A stretch of DNA of 64,000 nt, taken from NCBI GenBank assembly GCA_965222605.1, contig OZ244960.1, positions 1 to 64,000 of the forward strand, read 5' to 3'. Position 1 is the stretch's first letter; every line of letters begins with the position of its first letter. The translations under genes and the position numbers were made by a program. Positions 38,035-48,600 of this stretch are shown here, in pieces. This DNA comes from Candidatus Latescibacterota bacterium (GTDB taxonomy: Bacteria > Latescibacterota > UBA2968). Under the pieces are notes generated by a model that searched no databases, was not told where the DNA came from, and worked only from the letters and a program-made list of their open reading frames with translations.

Positions 38035-41000
38035 ATGCTATCTATTTTTTACAATATATGGGGCGTGGCGCGTTATGAGCGCAAAATGCTCTTTCGAACC
38101 ATAAAATTCCGCATTTTGGGCGGCCTGGGCATGAGCATTCCCGTTTTACTCGGCATCGGCTTTGCCATAGCAGAAGCCAACGGTGCTGAACTACCCGTGG
38201 GAATTGATTCTTATGTCCCGTTTTTAGTGTACAGTTTCTTGCAGACCATCGTCATTGCATTTATTGTGGGTGATTTTAGATCAGCGGATGAACAGGCGCA
38301 TATTTACGAAGTTGTGGCCGGGCGTCCCATTTCAACTGCGGAACTGGTTGCGGGTAAATATCTGGGCATTGTTAGTGCGCTTGCCATTTTGAGTCTGGGG
38401 GTTCTGGTTCTGACCCTGGGCATTCAGGCGGCAAAGATCAGCATAACAGGCAATCCATTTACAATAAAACCCTATATCGGATACCTCGTGTTCATGAACC
38501 TGCCCGCCCTGATTTTTATGTCTTCCGTGACCTTTTTTCTGGGTGCTTTGTTGCGGCGGCAAGCGGCAGTTGCGCTAATTGTGATCGGGTATTTGTTGGC
38601 CGTCCTATTATTCCTGGGCAAGCGATATGACGGCATCTACGATTTTGGTGCTTTTTTTATGCCTCTGTATTATTCCGACCTGATCGGTCTGGCAGATATT
38701 ACGCAAGTGGGGCTACAACGCCTGTTTTACATCTTACTCGGCATTGGATTTTTTGGCTTTTCGATTGATCGATATCCCCGTCTCGCGCATTCCATAGTCG
38801 CGCGATGGTTTGGCCGCGGATGCGCGCTGACCGGTTTTGGTCTGGCTGTGGGCCTTTACTTTTATATGGATGCAGATGCGCAAGACGGAAAAGCGTATCG
38901 CAGTTCATTGCTAAAACAACAGGAAGCGGTTGCGAATATTCCCGTCGCGAAAATAACCCATTACAATCTGGCATTGACGCTGTTGGATCAGGAACCGCTT
39001 GCCGCCTCTGGCACGATTACTTTGAAAAATCCCCACGAAGCCCCGCTCGATACGCTGATTCTTTCACTCAATCCCGGATTCAAAATTCAGAGCCTGACGC
39101 GTGCTAATGGCGATGCAATAGTGTGGGAGCGGACGGGAAGCGTGATCCGCGTCGTGCCCGAAAAACCCCTGCAATCGGAGCGAGAACTCGATCTGATGTT
39201 GGCATACGCGGGTGATATTAACACGAATGGTTTTGATCTCAAACGGGAAAAAGCCAGGCCAAAGTTACGCAAACGCGATAGGTTATTTAATAAAGGATCT
39301 TTGACGGCGTGGATTCGCGACAATTCCATCTTTTTGCCCCCGCGCAGCCGATGGTATCCGGTAACGGGCGTTGATTACGGCTATGAGGATACGCGTGCGG
39401 TCTCTTTTTCAACGGCAAATTTGCAAATAACATATCCACAGGGCATCGAAGTCATTACTCAGGGGCAGGTCGGCAAGACCGATACGCTCGGCACACAGGT
39501 AACGCGCCAATGGATCGTTGAAAAACCCGTGCCTGTCCTGTCGCTGAATGCTGGCGAATACCGCGTTTATCGCGCGACCATTCACGACATCGAATGCGCC
39601 CTTTACGCCCACCCATCTCATCTGCGTCCAGTCCGATTTTTTGAAGGTGCCGAAGAAGAGATTTTGCGTGCGCTCGAGCAAATTATGGACGCAATGGAAC
39701 AGGAATCGGGCATGAAATATCCCTATTCCAGCCTTTCTTTAGTGGAAATCCCCTTCCATGTTCAATGGTATTACGAAGGCTGGGAAGAAAAAGGCGGGTT
39801 GACGCAGCCCGGCGTGTTGATGATTGAAGAAGATGTGTTCATGCGGCAGCAATTTACCCGCGATTTTAAACGCTATCAGGATCGCTCGCGCGGCAATCGA
39901 GAACCCAAAGACATTAAAAAAGATCTTTTGGTACGCGCGGTTTTTTCGACCTTTTTTTCCAGAGAAGGAAATTCGGGCAGACAGGGACAGCCTGGCGGAT
40001 TGTTTCGCAGTCCTGTTGTTCAACTCTGGGCTTATGACAAGCAGTTTGTGGGCGAACATTATTCTCTGCTCAAAAAGGGCATGCCCATGTATCTCCAGAA
40101 TGATTTAAGCACCAATATGACCTCCGCTTTTTATTCGAGCCAACGACGCGGTGGCGGTGGCGATAGAGGGCGTGGCGGGCCCGGCGGGCGCGGTAGGCCC
40201 GGCGGGGGATCGGGCGCGGGTTGGGATACGTTGGTCGCTAAAATGCAGCGAAAATCATTTGCCGATTTAAATCCCGAAACGCAGGCCGGTCTCTATCGCC
40301 AGGTTCTCGACGCCAAGGGGCCAGCGCTTTTTCAAATGATGGAATCTTTTTTGGGTGAGGAAACATTTCGCACGGTCTTAGACGATATAGACCACAATCA
40401 CAAATACGAAGACATCGATTTTTCGACCTTTGAACGCGCTGCTGTGGGCGATACCACAGAAAGTGAAGAGAGCCAAAAATTGCAGCGTCTCGTCAACGAC
40501 TGGATTTTTAGTACAGAAATCCCGGGCTATACCCTCACAAGGGTAAAAGCTTTGAAGATGGATGACGGTTTTGGAATGGTGGTCTTTCAATTGATTCTGA
40601 GAATTAAGAACAGCGAACCGGGCAGGGGATATGTGCAAATTACAGCTACGGGGCGAGGCGATGAGGCCGTAAAGGGCGTCGAGATTGAAGGTGGGCAGGA
40701 AATTGAAGTTTCAATGGTTCTGTGGGAGCAGCCCTTCAGGGTGATGGTCGAACCCTTTTTCGCACGCAATCGCCGCCCTCTGATGTCCCCCGTGCGCGTT
40801 CCCGAAAATGTCACAGAGGGATTTCCTACTTCTTATGTCAAAGACGTGACGGGCGAAGATTCTGGTCCTGTTGAGATTATTGTAGATAATGACGACGACG
40901 GATTTTCAATGCCCGTGCGACGCGCAACGCGCTACTTCCGCCCGGGACTCAAAGGCGGCAACTGGCGCGAGCAAGGCATGCCAATGGCCTTTGGGCGATT

Positions 41001-41484
41001 TGAGACAAATTTCCGAATGAAGCCTCCGGGTGATGGCGCACAGCCGGCTGTGTGGACAGCGCAAATCCCCAGAGATGGCGAATTTGATGTGGGCTTCTTT
41101 TTTCTCGATCCCTCAATGGCCAGGCGCATGCGCGTCGGATCGACCTTTACACTGACTATTTTTCACGGGGGCAAGGCCGATACACTCGAAATGGAACGCG
41201 ACCAGATGAAAGCGGGATGGAATTATCTGGGGCGATACAAATTTGCCGAAGGCGAAGAAGCCGTAGTCGAATTGTCTGACCGCGCAGAGGGGCGCCTGTA
41301 TGCCGATGCCGTGCGATGGCGCTTTTTTGATCCGCAAAACCCCGATGCTTACGAAGATGAAATGCCCACCTTTATGTTTGGACGCGGCAGAGGTAGACCT
41401 GATGGCGGGCGTGGGGATCGCGGCGGCGAGAGACGTGGTCCCGGCGGTGATAGACGCGGCGGGGGCGGGGTGTTGGGATTTTAA
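38035..41484 (+). CDS. ABC-2 permease fused to an M1-aminopeptidase-like (HEXXH-less) domain and a golvesin/Xly-CBD-like domain
   Basis: About 7 N-terminal TM helices; M1-like ITHYNL, SRWYP, YPYSSLSLVEIP, KG...F.M; C-terminal IIVDNDDDGF...GWNYLGRYKF...ADAVRW; RGG-rich inserts. Confidence 0.8.
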   Translation: MLSIFYNIWGVARYERKMLFRTIKFRILGGLGMSIPVLLGIGFAIAEANGAELPVGIDSYVPFLVYSFLQTIVIAFIVGDFRSADEQAHIYEVVAGRPISTAELVAGKYLGIVSALAILSLGVLVLTLGIQAAKISITGNPFTIKPYIGYLVFMNLPALIFMSSVTFFLGALLRRQAAVALIVIGYLLAVLLFLGKRYDGIYDFGAFFMPLYYSDLIGLADITQVGLQRLFYILLGIGFFGFSIDRYPRLAHSIVARWFGRGCALTGFGLAVGLYFYMDADAQDGKAYRSSLLKQQEAVANIPVAKITHYNLALTLLDQEPLAASGTITLKNPHEAPLDTLILSLNPGFKIQSLTRANGDAIVWERTGSVIRVVPEKPLQSERELDLMLAYAGDINTNGFDLKREKARPKLRKRDRLFNKGSLTAWIRDNSIFLPPRSRWYPVTGVDYGYEDTRAVSFSTANLQITYPQGIEVITQGQVGKTDTLGTQVTRQWIVEKPVPVLSLNAGEYRVYRATIHDIECALYAHPSHLRPVRFFEGAEEEILRALEQIMDAMEQESGMKYPYSSLSLVEIPFHVQWYYEGWEEKGGLTQPGVLMIEEDVFMRQQFTRDFKRYQDRSRGNREPKDIKKDLLVRAVFSTFFSREGNSGRQGQPGGLFRSPVVQLWAYDKQFVGEHYSLLKKGMPMYLQNDLSTNMTSAFYSSQRRGGGGDRGRGGPGGRGRPGGGSGAGWDTLVAKMQRKSFADLNPETQAGLYRQVLDAKGPALFQMMESFLGEETFRTVLDDIDHNHKYEDIDFSTFERAAVGDTTESEESQKLQRLVNDWIFSTEIPGYTLTRVKALKMDDGFGMVVFQLILRIKNSEPGRGYVQITATGRGDEAVKGVEIEGGQEIEVSMVLWEQPFRVMVEPFFARNRRPLMSPVRVPENVTEGFPTSYVKDVTGEDSGPVEIIVDNDDDGFSMPVRRATRYFRPGLKGGNWREQGMPMAFGRFETNFRMKPPGDGAQPAVWTAQIPRDGEFDVGFFFLDPSMARRMRVGSTFTLTIFHGGKADTLEMERDQMKAGWNYLGRYKFAEGEEAVVELSDRAEGRLYADAVRWRFFDPQNPDAYEDEMPTFMFGRGRGRPDGGRGDRGGERRGPGGDRRGGGGVLGF

Positions 41485-41501
41485 TTTAAGGGAGGATGGA
41501 T

Positions 41502-42569
41502 GTGAAATTTGATTTTTGTCCAAAAATATTTTTGGTAATGGTCCTTTGTGGGCTGGTCGCCTGTGAGCGGCAAGCGGAACAGCGCACAGTTGATCTGACG
41601 GTTCCCGTTACTGTTCAATCTGTGGAGACGGGAACAATCGAATCCATTGTGACGGCTACCGGAACCCTCAGACCAGTGCGCGTGGCCCAGATCACAACGG
41701 AAATTCGCGGAAGTCTGTACTGGAGCAAAGGGAGCAACAACCGCTTGCTCGCCAAGGGGTCGGAGGTTAAAAAGGGGCAAACCATAGCGAAAGTCGACAG
41801 TGATGAATGGGTTGTCGGCGCGCGGGTGGAAGCGCGTAAACTGGCGGTTGAGACAACCAGGCGAACGCTAGAGGAGCAAGAAACCCTGTTTAGCCGACAA
41901 TTGGCAACGGAAATGAACGTTGAAAATGCGCGCAAAGCATGGGCCGATGCAGAAGCCAACTACCAGGATGCCCTCATCAAGATCGATAAAACCAGGCTTA
42001 TAGCCCCCATTCATGGCGTCATGTCGGAACTTGCGGATATTACGCAGGGAACGCTGGTGACTCCAAATACCACAATCGCAAAAATTATGGATTATTCACA
42101 GTTATATGTCGATCTGAAAATTCCAAATGCCCAGATTATTAACGTGAAATTGGATCAGGGCATCCGCGTGAGCAATTACGCTTTGCCCGAAGAAATTTTT
42201 GAGGGCGAAATAGTCGAGATGGATCCCGCCATCGATCCGGTCACGCGCACGGTTCAGGTCGTTGGGTTGGTCGATAATCCCGACTTGCTTTTGCGAGCGG
42301 GTATGTTTGTCAAAACAGAAATAGTCACGGAATCGCGGCAAAATGTCGTACTTATTGCGCGCAATCTCGTTTTGCGGCGGCGAAATCAGAAGGTCGTTTT
42401 TGTCGAAGAAGAAGGCCGCGCACAACAGCGAGAAGTCGAAACCGGCCTGGAAGACCGAGATCGCGTGGAAATTGTGGTTGGACTTGAACCGGGAGAACAA
42501 TTGATCACGAGCAATTACGAAACACTGAGGCCGCGGACTCGAGTGCGGGTCACGGGAGATAGACGATGA
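41502..42569 (+). CDS. RND efflux periplasmic adaptor (MFP), lipoprotein
   Basis: Lipobox LVA-C; GSEVKKGQ, IAPIHG, IDPVTRT, LRAGMF, GLEPGEQLI. Start is GTG 41502 or ATG 41496. Confidence 0.93.
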   Translation: MKFDFCPKIFLVMVLCGLVACERQAEQRTVDLTVPVTVQSVETGTIESIVTATGTLRPVRVAQITTEIRGSLYWSKGSNNRLLAKGSEVKKGQTIAKVDSDEWVVGARVEARKLAVETTRRTLEEQETLFSRQLATEMNVENARKAWADAEANYQDALIKIDKTRLIAPIHGVMSELADITQGTLVTPNTTIAKIMDYSQLYVDLKIPNAQIINVKLDQGIRVSNYALPEEIFEGEIVEMDPAIDPVTRTVQVVGLVDNPDLLLRAGMFVKTEIVTESRQNVVLIARNLVLRRRNQKVVFVEEEGRAQQREVETGLEDRDRVEIVVGLEPGEQLITSNYETLRPRTRVRVTGDRR

Positions 42570-45500
42570 ATTTGCCGGAATTTTCAACGCGATATCCCGT
42601 GACAATTGCCATGGCGACCCTCGCGGTGGTATTGCTCGGCTGGATATCACTGGACGGTTTGGGAACCGATCTCTTGCCCGATTTGCAGACGCCTGTCGTC
42701 ACCATAGACCTAACAGCACCGGGCAAATCGCCCATCGAGATCGAAGAAATCTACACGCGCAGACTCGAACGCGATGTGAGCACCATTAAGGGCGTCAAGC
42801 GCGTATATTCGATTACCCGCTCGGGACAAGCCGTGGTCATTGCGGAATTTGCCTGGGATGCGGACATGGATTATGGGTTGCTCGACGTGCAAAAAAAAGT
42901 GGGGCGCTATGCGGCAAATGAAGATGTATCGCAGTTGGATGTGACGCGCGAAGACCCGCTCGCGCTCGCGGTGATGCGAATAGCGATTACGGCAGACAAA
43001 AATACAGAACTCGACGCACTAATGGGTACGGTAGAATTGCTGATCAAACCGAAATTGGAAGCCCTCGAAGGCGTGGCATCTGCCGAGGTGGAAGGGGGGA
43101 CAGAAAAGGAAGTGCGCGTTTCGCTAGATCCCTATTTGCTCGAAGCGTTTGGACTTTCACCCGATGCAGTCATCAACCGCATCGCGCAAGCGAATGCCGA
43201 TGTATCCGGAGGCACACTCAGAGAAAATCAGCAGTCGTATCTGGTCAAAGCCCTCGGTCGCTTAAATGACATAAACGATGTACGAGAAGTCATTGTGGGA
43301 GAAAAGCGTGGGGGAGGGGGCGCGGTTTCTGGAGACCGCGTGCCGGTGCGCGTGCGCGACGTGGGCACGGTTGATCTGGAATATCAAGAGCGAGAAACCA
43401 TTGTACGCCTCAATGGACACGAATGCGTTGGCCTCGCCATTTACAAAGAAGCCGGCAGCAATACAGTCGCTGTGGTCAACACGGTATTGGATGCAATAGA
43501 CGACCTCGAAGCAGATTTGAGCGGCATGCAGTTCACAACTGTCGAAAATCAGGCGCGATTTGTCGAAGATGCCATAGGCGAAGTCGAAACATCTGCTATA
43601 CATGGGGCATTTTTGGCGATTCTCGTGCTTTTGCTCGCGTTGCGGAGTTGGACGGTGACGCTGGTGATTGGGTTGGCGATTCCCATTTCCGTATTGGCGA
43701 CGTTCACGCTCATGTACTTTGAGGACCTGACCCTGAATATTATGACGCTGGGCGGGTTGGCGCTGGGCGCGGGTATGCTCGTTGACAATGCCATTGTAGT
43801 TATTGAGAATATTTATCGGCATCTGGAAAGCGGCGAGGATGCGCGCACAGCATCGAGCCGCGGCGCATCTGAAGTCGGCGTGGCAATTCTGGCCTCAACG
43901 TTGACGACCGTGGCTGTTTTTTTGCCCATTGTCTATTTGCAAGGGCTGGCTGGCAAACTCTTTGTGGATCAGGCGTGGACTGTTGCATTTTCGCTGCTGT
44001 CATCGCTGGTTGTGGCAATGACGACGATTCCGATGCTGACGTCGCGCATTTTTAGGCGGTTGAATACCACGCGCCACATGACCATTCGGTCGGACAAATA
44101 CTATCGGTTTCTCAATAGTATTTTGAATCACAAACCCATCCTGCTCGTCGTCGTGCTGCTGATTCTTGGCGGAACGGGATATATCGCCCGCGAGTTGCAG
44201 ACCGAATTTATCCCGCGCGAAGATCAGGGGCTGTTTCAAATTGACCTCACACTATCCGAAGGCTCGCGTGTAGAACTAAGCGATCGGGTCGCCCTGCACG
44301 CCAAAGAGATCGTCGAAAGCGTTGGGGGGGACGATGTGGCGCATGTGTACGCGCTGGTCGGCCTCAATCCCGCCCGGGTATCGAGCGGAGGCGAACCGAC
44401 GGGTCCCAATCGCGCGACTCTATCGGTGGCTTTAGAGACACAGCGATCGCGCAGTGTCAGCGAATTGGTGCGCGATCTGGATCCCATTTTGAGTGCTATG
44501 CACGATATTGAGGTGAAATACAAGCTGCACGAAACCGCGCTCGAAGGCGTGATGGGGGGGCAAGAAGCACCCATTCAGGTCGAAGTGTCTGGGGAAAATC
44601 TCGATATTTTGGCGCGTATCACAAAAGAACTTCAGGTGAGGATCGAGGACCTGCCTTCGGTGTACAATGTACGCACGAGTTTTCAAGGTGGACAGCCAGA
44701 AGTCGATCTGGCGATTCGCGATGAAGTGGCATCGGCTTTTGGACTGACCACGCAGACCATCAGCCGCACATTGGAAAGACAACTGTCGGGTGAAGTTGCC
44801 GGCGAACTGTCTAAAGACCAGCGCACGAGAGATATCCGCGTGAAATATCGAGATGTCGATCTGCGCGAACTCCGCACCATGCAAATCGAGGGATCAGATG
44901 GCGCAATCCTGACATTGGGGGATATTGCCGATCTCAATATTATTGAAGGTCCCCGCGAAATTTTGAGAGAAAATCAGCGGCGCGTGGGGCGCATTACGGG
45001 ATATCTCACAGAAGGGCGCATTTTAAGTGAATCCATTGCCGACATACGCGCCACCATACAGGCTATGGCCGTGCCGTCGGGGTACCGCATTGAAATTGGC
45101 GGGGAAGAGCGCGAGCGCGCAGCGTCATTTGAAAGTCTCAAATTCGCACTCCTGCTTTCAATTGTGCTGGTCTATATGGTTATGGCATCGCTATTTGAAT
45201 CCACGCTCCATCCGTTCACCGTGATGTTTTCCGTTCCTTTAGCTGGCGTCGGTGTGGTGTTCGGATTCTATCTTTTGGGCGAACCGCTCAGTGTAATGGC
45301 CTATATCGGCATTATTATGCTGGGCGGTATTGCGGTCAACGATGCGATCGTGCTCGTGGATCGCATCAACCAACTCAGGCAAGCTGGCATGGCGTTGCGA
45401 GAAGCGGTCCTCCAGGGCGGGCAGGACCGCTTGCGCCCCATTATGATGACGAGTGCGACGACCATTCTCGCTCTGCTGCCCATGGCAATCGGCTTTGGCG

Positions 45501-45631
45501 AGGGGGCAAAATTGCGCGCGCCTATGGCTATTGCCGTCATTGCCGGTCTGGTGACATCTACATTGATGACCTTACTCGTGATACCTACCCTGTATGAACT
45601 GATTGATCGACTTCGGGGGAAATCCGCGTGA
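42566..45631 (+). CDS. RND efflux permease (AcrB/MdtB/SwrC-like)
   Basis: TM4 GMLVDNAIVVIENI, TM10 GIAVNDAIVL, TM11 RLRPIMMT; 1021 aa. Confidence 0.95.
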   Translation: MNLPEFSTRYPVTIAMATLAVVLLGWISLDGLGTDLLPDLQTPVVTIDLTAPGKSPIEIEEIYTRRLERDVSTIKGVKRVYSITRSGQAVVIAEFAWDADMDYGLLDVQKKVGRYAANEDVSQLDVTREDPLALAVMRIAITADKNTELDALMGTVELLIKPKLEALEGVASAEVEGGTEKEVRVSLDPYLLEAFGLSPDAVINRIAQANADVSGGTLRENQQSYLVKALGRLNDINDVREVIVGEKRGGGGAVSGDRVPVRVRDVGTVDLEYQERETIVRLNGHECVGLAIYKEAGSNTVAVVNTVLDAIDDLEADLSGMQFTTVENQARFVEDAIGEVETSAIHGAFLAILVLLLALRSWTVTLVIGLAIPISVLATFTLMYFEDLTLNIMTLGGLALGAGMLVDNAIVVIENIYRHLESGEDARTASSRGASEVGVAILASTLTTVAVFLPIVYLQGLAGKLFVDQAWTVAFSLLSSLVVAMTTIPMLTSRIFRRLNTTRHMTIRSDKYYRFLNSILNHKPILLVVVLLILGGTGYIARELQTEFIPREDQGLFQIDLTLSEGSRVELSDRVALHAKEIVESVGGDDVAHVYALVGLNPARVSSGGEPTGPNRATLSVALETQRSRSVSELVRDLDPILSAMHDIEVKYKLHETALEGVMGGQEAPIQVEVSGENLDILARITKELQVRIEDLPSVYNVRTSFQGGQPEVDLAIRDEVASAFGLTTQTISRTLERQLSGEVAGELSKDQRTRDIRVKYRDVDLRELRTMQIEGSDGAILTLGDIADLNIIEGPREILRENQRRVGRITGYLTEGRILSESIADIRATIQAMAVPSGYRIEIGGEERERAASFESLKFALLLSIVLVYMVMASLFESTLHPFTVMFSVPLAGVGVVFGFYLLGEPLSVMAYIGIIMLGGIAVNDAIVLVDRINQLRQAGMALREAVLQGGQDRLRPIMMTSATTILALLPMAIGFGEGAKLRAPMAIAVIAGLVTSTLMTLLVIPTLYELIDRLRGKSA

Positions 45632-48600
45632 CACTTGCTGGTATTGCCGTTCGGCGGCCCGTGACCACGGCCATGTTTTTTATTGGTCTGGCTATTTTGG
45701 GTGCGATTTCACTGGATCGATTGCCCGTTCAGATATTTCCAGAACTCGTTCGCCCAGAAGTCTTTATTACGCTCAATCAGCAGGGCTATTCGCCCGAACA
45801 GGTCGAGCGAGATCTGGTGATGCCCGTCGAGAGGGAAGTGGGTAAACTCGAAGGTATTGAGGCGTATGAGTCCTTTTCGCGCCAGAACAATGGCGGGGTA
45901 CGCATTTCCTACGCACCCAATACGGATATGAAATTCGCATTGCTGCAGCTCGAGAGCCGCATCACGCGCCTGCAACCGCTTTTGCCCGAAAGAACGCGGG
46001 TCAATGTACAGCGCTTTGATTCTTCTGACTTGAGTGCCTCAGTGATGCAAATTCACGTGTTGGGCGAGGGTGATATAAACTGGTTGCGTGAATTTGCCGA
46101 GGAGAAAATCAGGCCGGAATTAGAAGCGGTCGATGGCGTTGTCAACGCGCAAGTCCTGGGCGGACAAAGAACAGCTATTGAAATTATTGTCGATCCATTG
46201 ATGCTACAAGCACACCAGCTTTCGATGTCTGATATTCGCAATCGCATCAATGCGTTTAATACACGGCGACAATATCTCGGGCGGGTGTATGACGGCAATC
46301 AGACCTATGCGGTCAGCATTCAGGGCCAATTTACAGATCTCGTGCAAATCCGCAGGGTCGTAATCAAGCCGGAATTGCCCCTGCACCTTGGCGACATTGC
46401 CGAAATCCGCTACGGTCTTCAGGAGCGCACGGACCTGCAACGCATCAATGGCAAAGCCGCCGTTGGCATTCGCATTCAAAAAGACGACGAAGCCAATCTG
46501 ATCGACATTGCAGAGATACTCGAAGACACCATCGAACGCATAAATCGCGATCTCGTCTATGAAAATATTCAGCTCGTGATCAGCCAGAACCAGGCAGAGA
46601 TTATGAACGAAGCCCTCAATATCCTCAAACGGGCCGCTGTTGTCGGGGGATTGCTCGGGCTTTTTGTTTTGTTCTTGTTTTTGAGAAATCTGCGCTTTGT
46701 CGCTGTTTTGCTCCTCGCCATTCCGTGTTCTTTGCTGCTCACATTTAATCTGATGTATATGTGGAATCTCAGTTTGAATGTGCTCTCGATGTGCGGCCTC
46801 GCGCTTGCAATTGGTATGTTGACGGACAATGGCATTGTGGTCATGGAAAATATCTTCAAGCATTTTGAACAGGGCAAATCCCCCAAAGAAGCCGCAAAAG
46901 CCGGAACCGATGAGGTCGCACGCGCCGTTGTTGCGGCAACAGCGACTACGATTACGGTTTTTTTACCCGTAGTTTTTATTCAAAGCGACTTTCAGGATAT
47001 CCTGCGAGAACTCGCGCTGTCTATGACATTTCCGCTGCTTGCCTCTCTTCTCGTTGCTCTTACACTCGTGCCTGCCCTCGCATCAAAAACCCTCTCCCTC
47101 GCATCCAGGCCGCCAACAGAAACAGGCACGTTGATTGAGATGTACACAGTGTGTCTCAAAGCGGGCTTGCGCCACAGAATCAGCGTGTCGCTGGGTATTG
47201 TCGGCGCGCTTGTCGTCACGTTGATTATTTCTTTTTTCTTTATGCTGCAACAAGATATTCGCCGAGAAGAAAGCCGTTTCACCGTCTATATCAGCATGCC
47301 CGAAGGCACGACCATTGAAGCCCTCGATGCTGTTGTTGGCGAAATTGAAAGTGCTGTGCGAGGACTCAAAGGTGTGGATCGCTTTACGACCAGTATTAGC
47401 GAAATCCAGGCGAGTATAAATGTAGAGCTTTTGCCCTTATCCGAACGCCCCGATCAGATTTCTGTCGATCTCATCAAAGAGAATCTCGAGGAGTCATTCG
47501 CCGATGTCCAAGACGCGATTGTGAGCTATGAGGCCATCGCGCGCACGGGTAGGGGAGGTGGTGGTGGACGCGGAGGTGGGGGGAGGGGGATTCGGGGCGC
47601 CGGTCAGGCCTCTGGCGGATTCAATCTGGAAGGGGGGACACCTTCGGAAATGGCTGTGATTCGCGGCTACGATTTTACAGTGCTTCAAATGCTGGCCGAC
47701 GATCTGGTCTATCGCCTCGAAGAATTGGAGGAAATCGATCCCAATAGCGTGCGAGCCGATGCAGAACGCGGCGCGTCTGAAGTGCATGTTTTGCCCGATG
47801 AAGAAGTGATGTTTGATCGGCGATTGCAGGTTCGTCAGGTGCTCAATGCCGTATCCGACGCCAATCCGCGCGGAGCGCGGTCCAATATTGCATTTCTCAC
47901 ACCCGAAGGCACTGAAATCCCGATTGATATTCGCAATGTTGAAGATCCCGAAGAAGAGGGGGAAGGCATTGCGGGGTTGAGACAGACGCCGATTCTGGGT
48001 GCGGGGGGGACGTACATTCCCCTTGTGGAAGTTTCGCATGTGCGCCGAGATCAGGGCAGAAGCATGATTTTGCGCACCGATCAATCGCGGCGCGTGATTG
48101 TGTCCTATAATTTCGGCGACGAAATTTTGCAATCTCAACCTCTGCTGGAAGCCTCCCGCGCTTATGTGCAAGACGTAGTCTCCGAAATGGTGCTGCCCGA
48201 AGGGTATAGCATCGAAATGATCGAGGCAGAGGAAGAGACGATTTATTACTGGATGATCGGCATTGCCGCGTTGCTCATTTTTATGATTTTGGCCTCTTTG
48301 TTTGAATCGCTTTCCGCGCCTTTGATTATTCTGTGTACGTTGCCCACAGCAATTATTGGATCGTGCTGGGCACTGGTCTTATCGGGTACGGGATTGACCC
48401 AACAAGAAGGGCCAATGGCACTGTTGGGATTTATTATTTTGGGCGGTATTGCCGTCAACAACGGGATCGTGCTGATTGACGCGATTGAAACCCTTCGCCG
48501 CCGCCGCGGGTTCAGGCGAGAACGCGCAGTGCTTGCGGCGAGCCGGTCGCGCGTGCGTCCCATTTTAATGACTTCGGCGACCACCATTTTGGGCGTGTTG

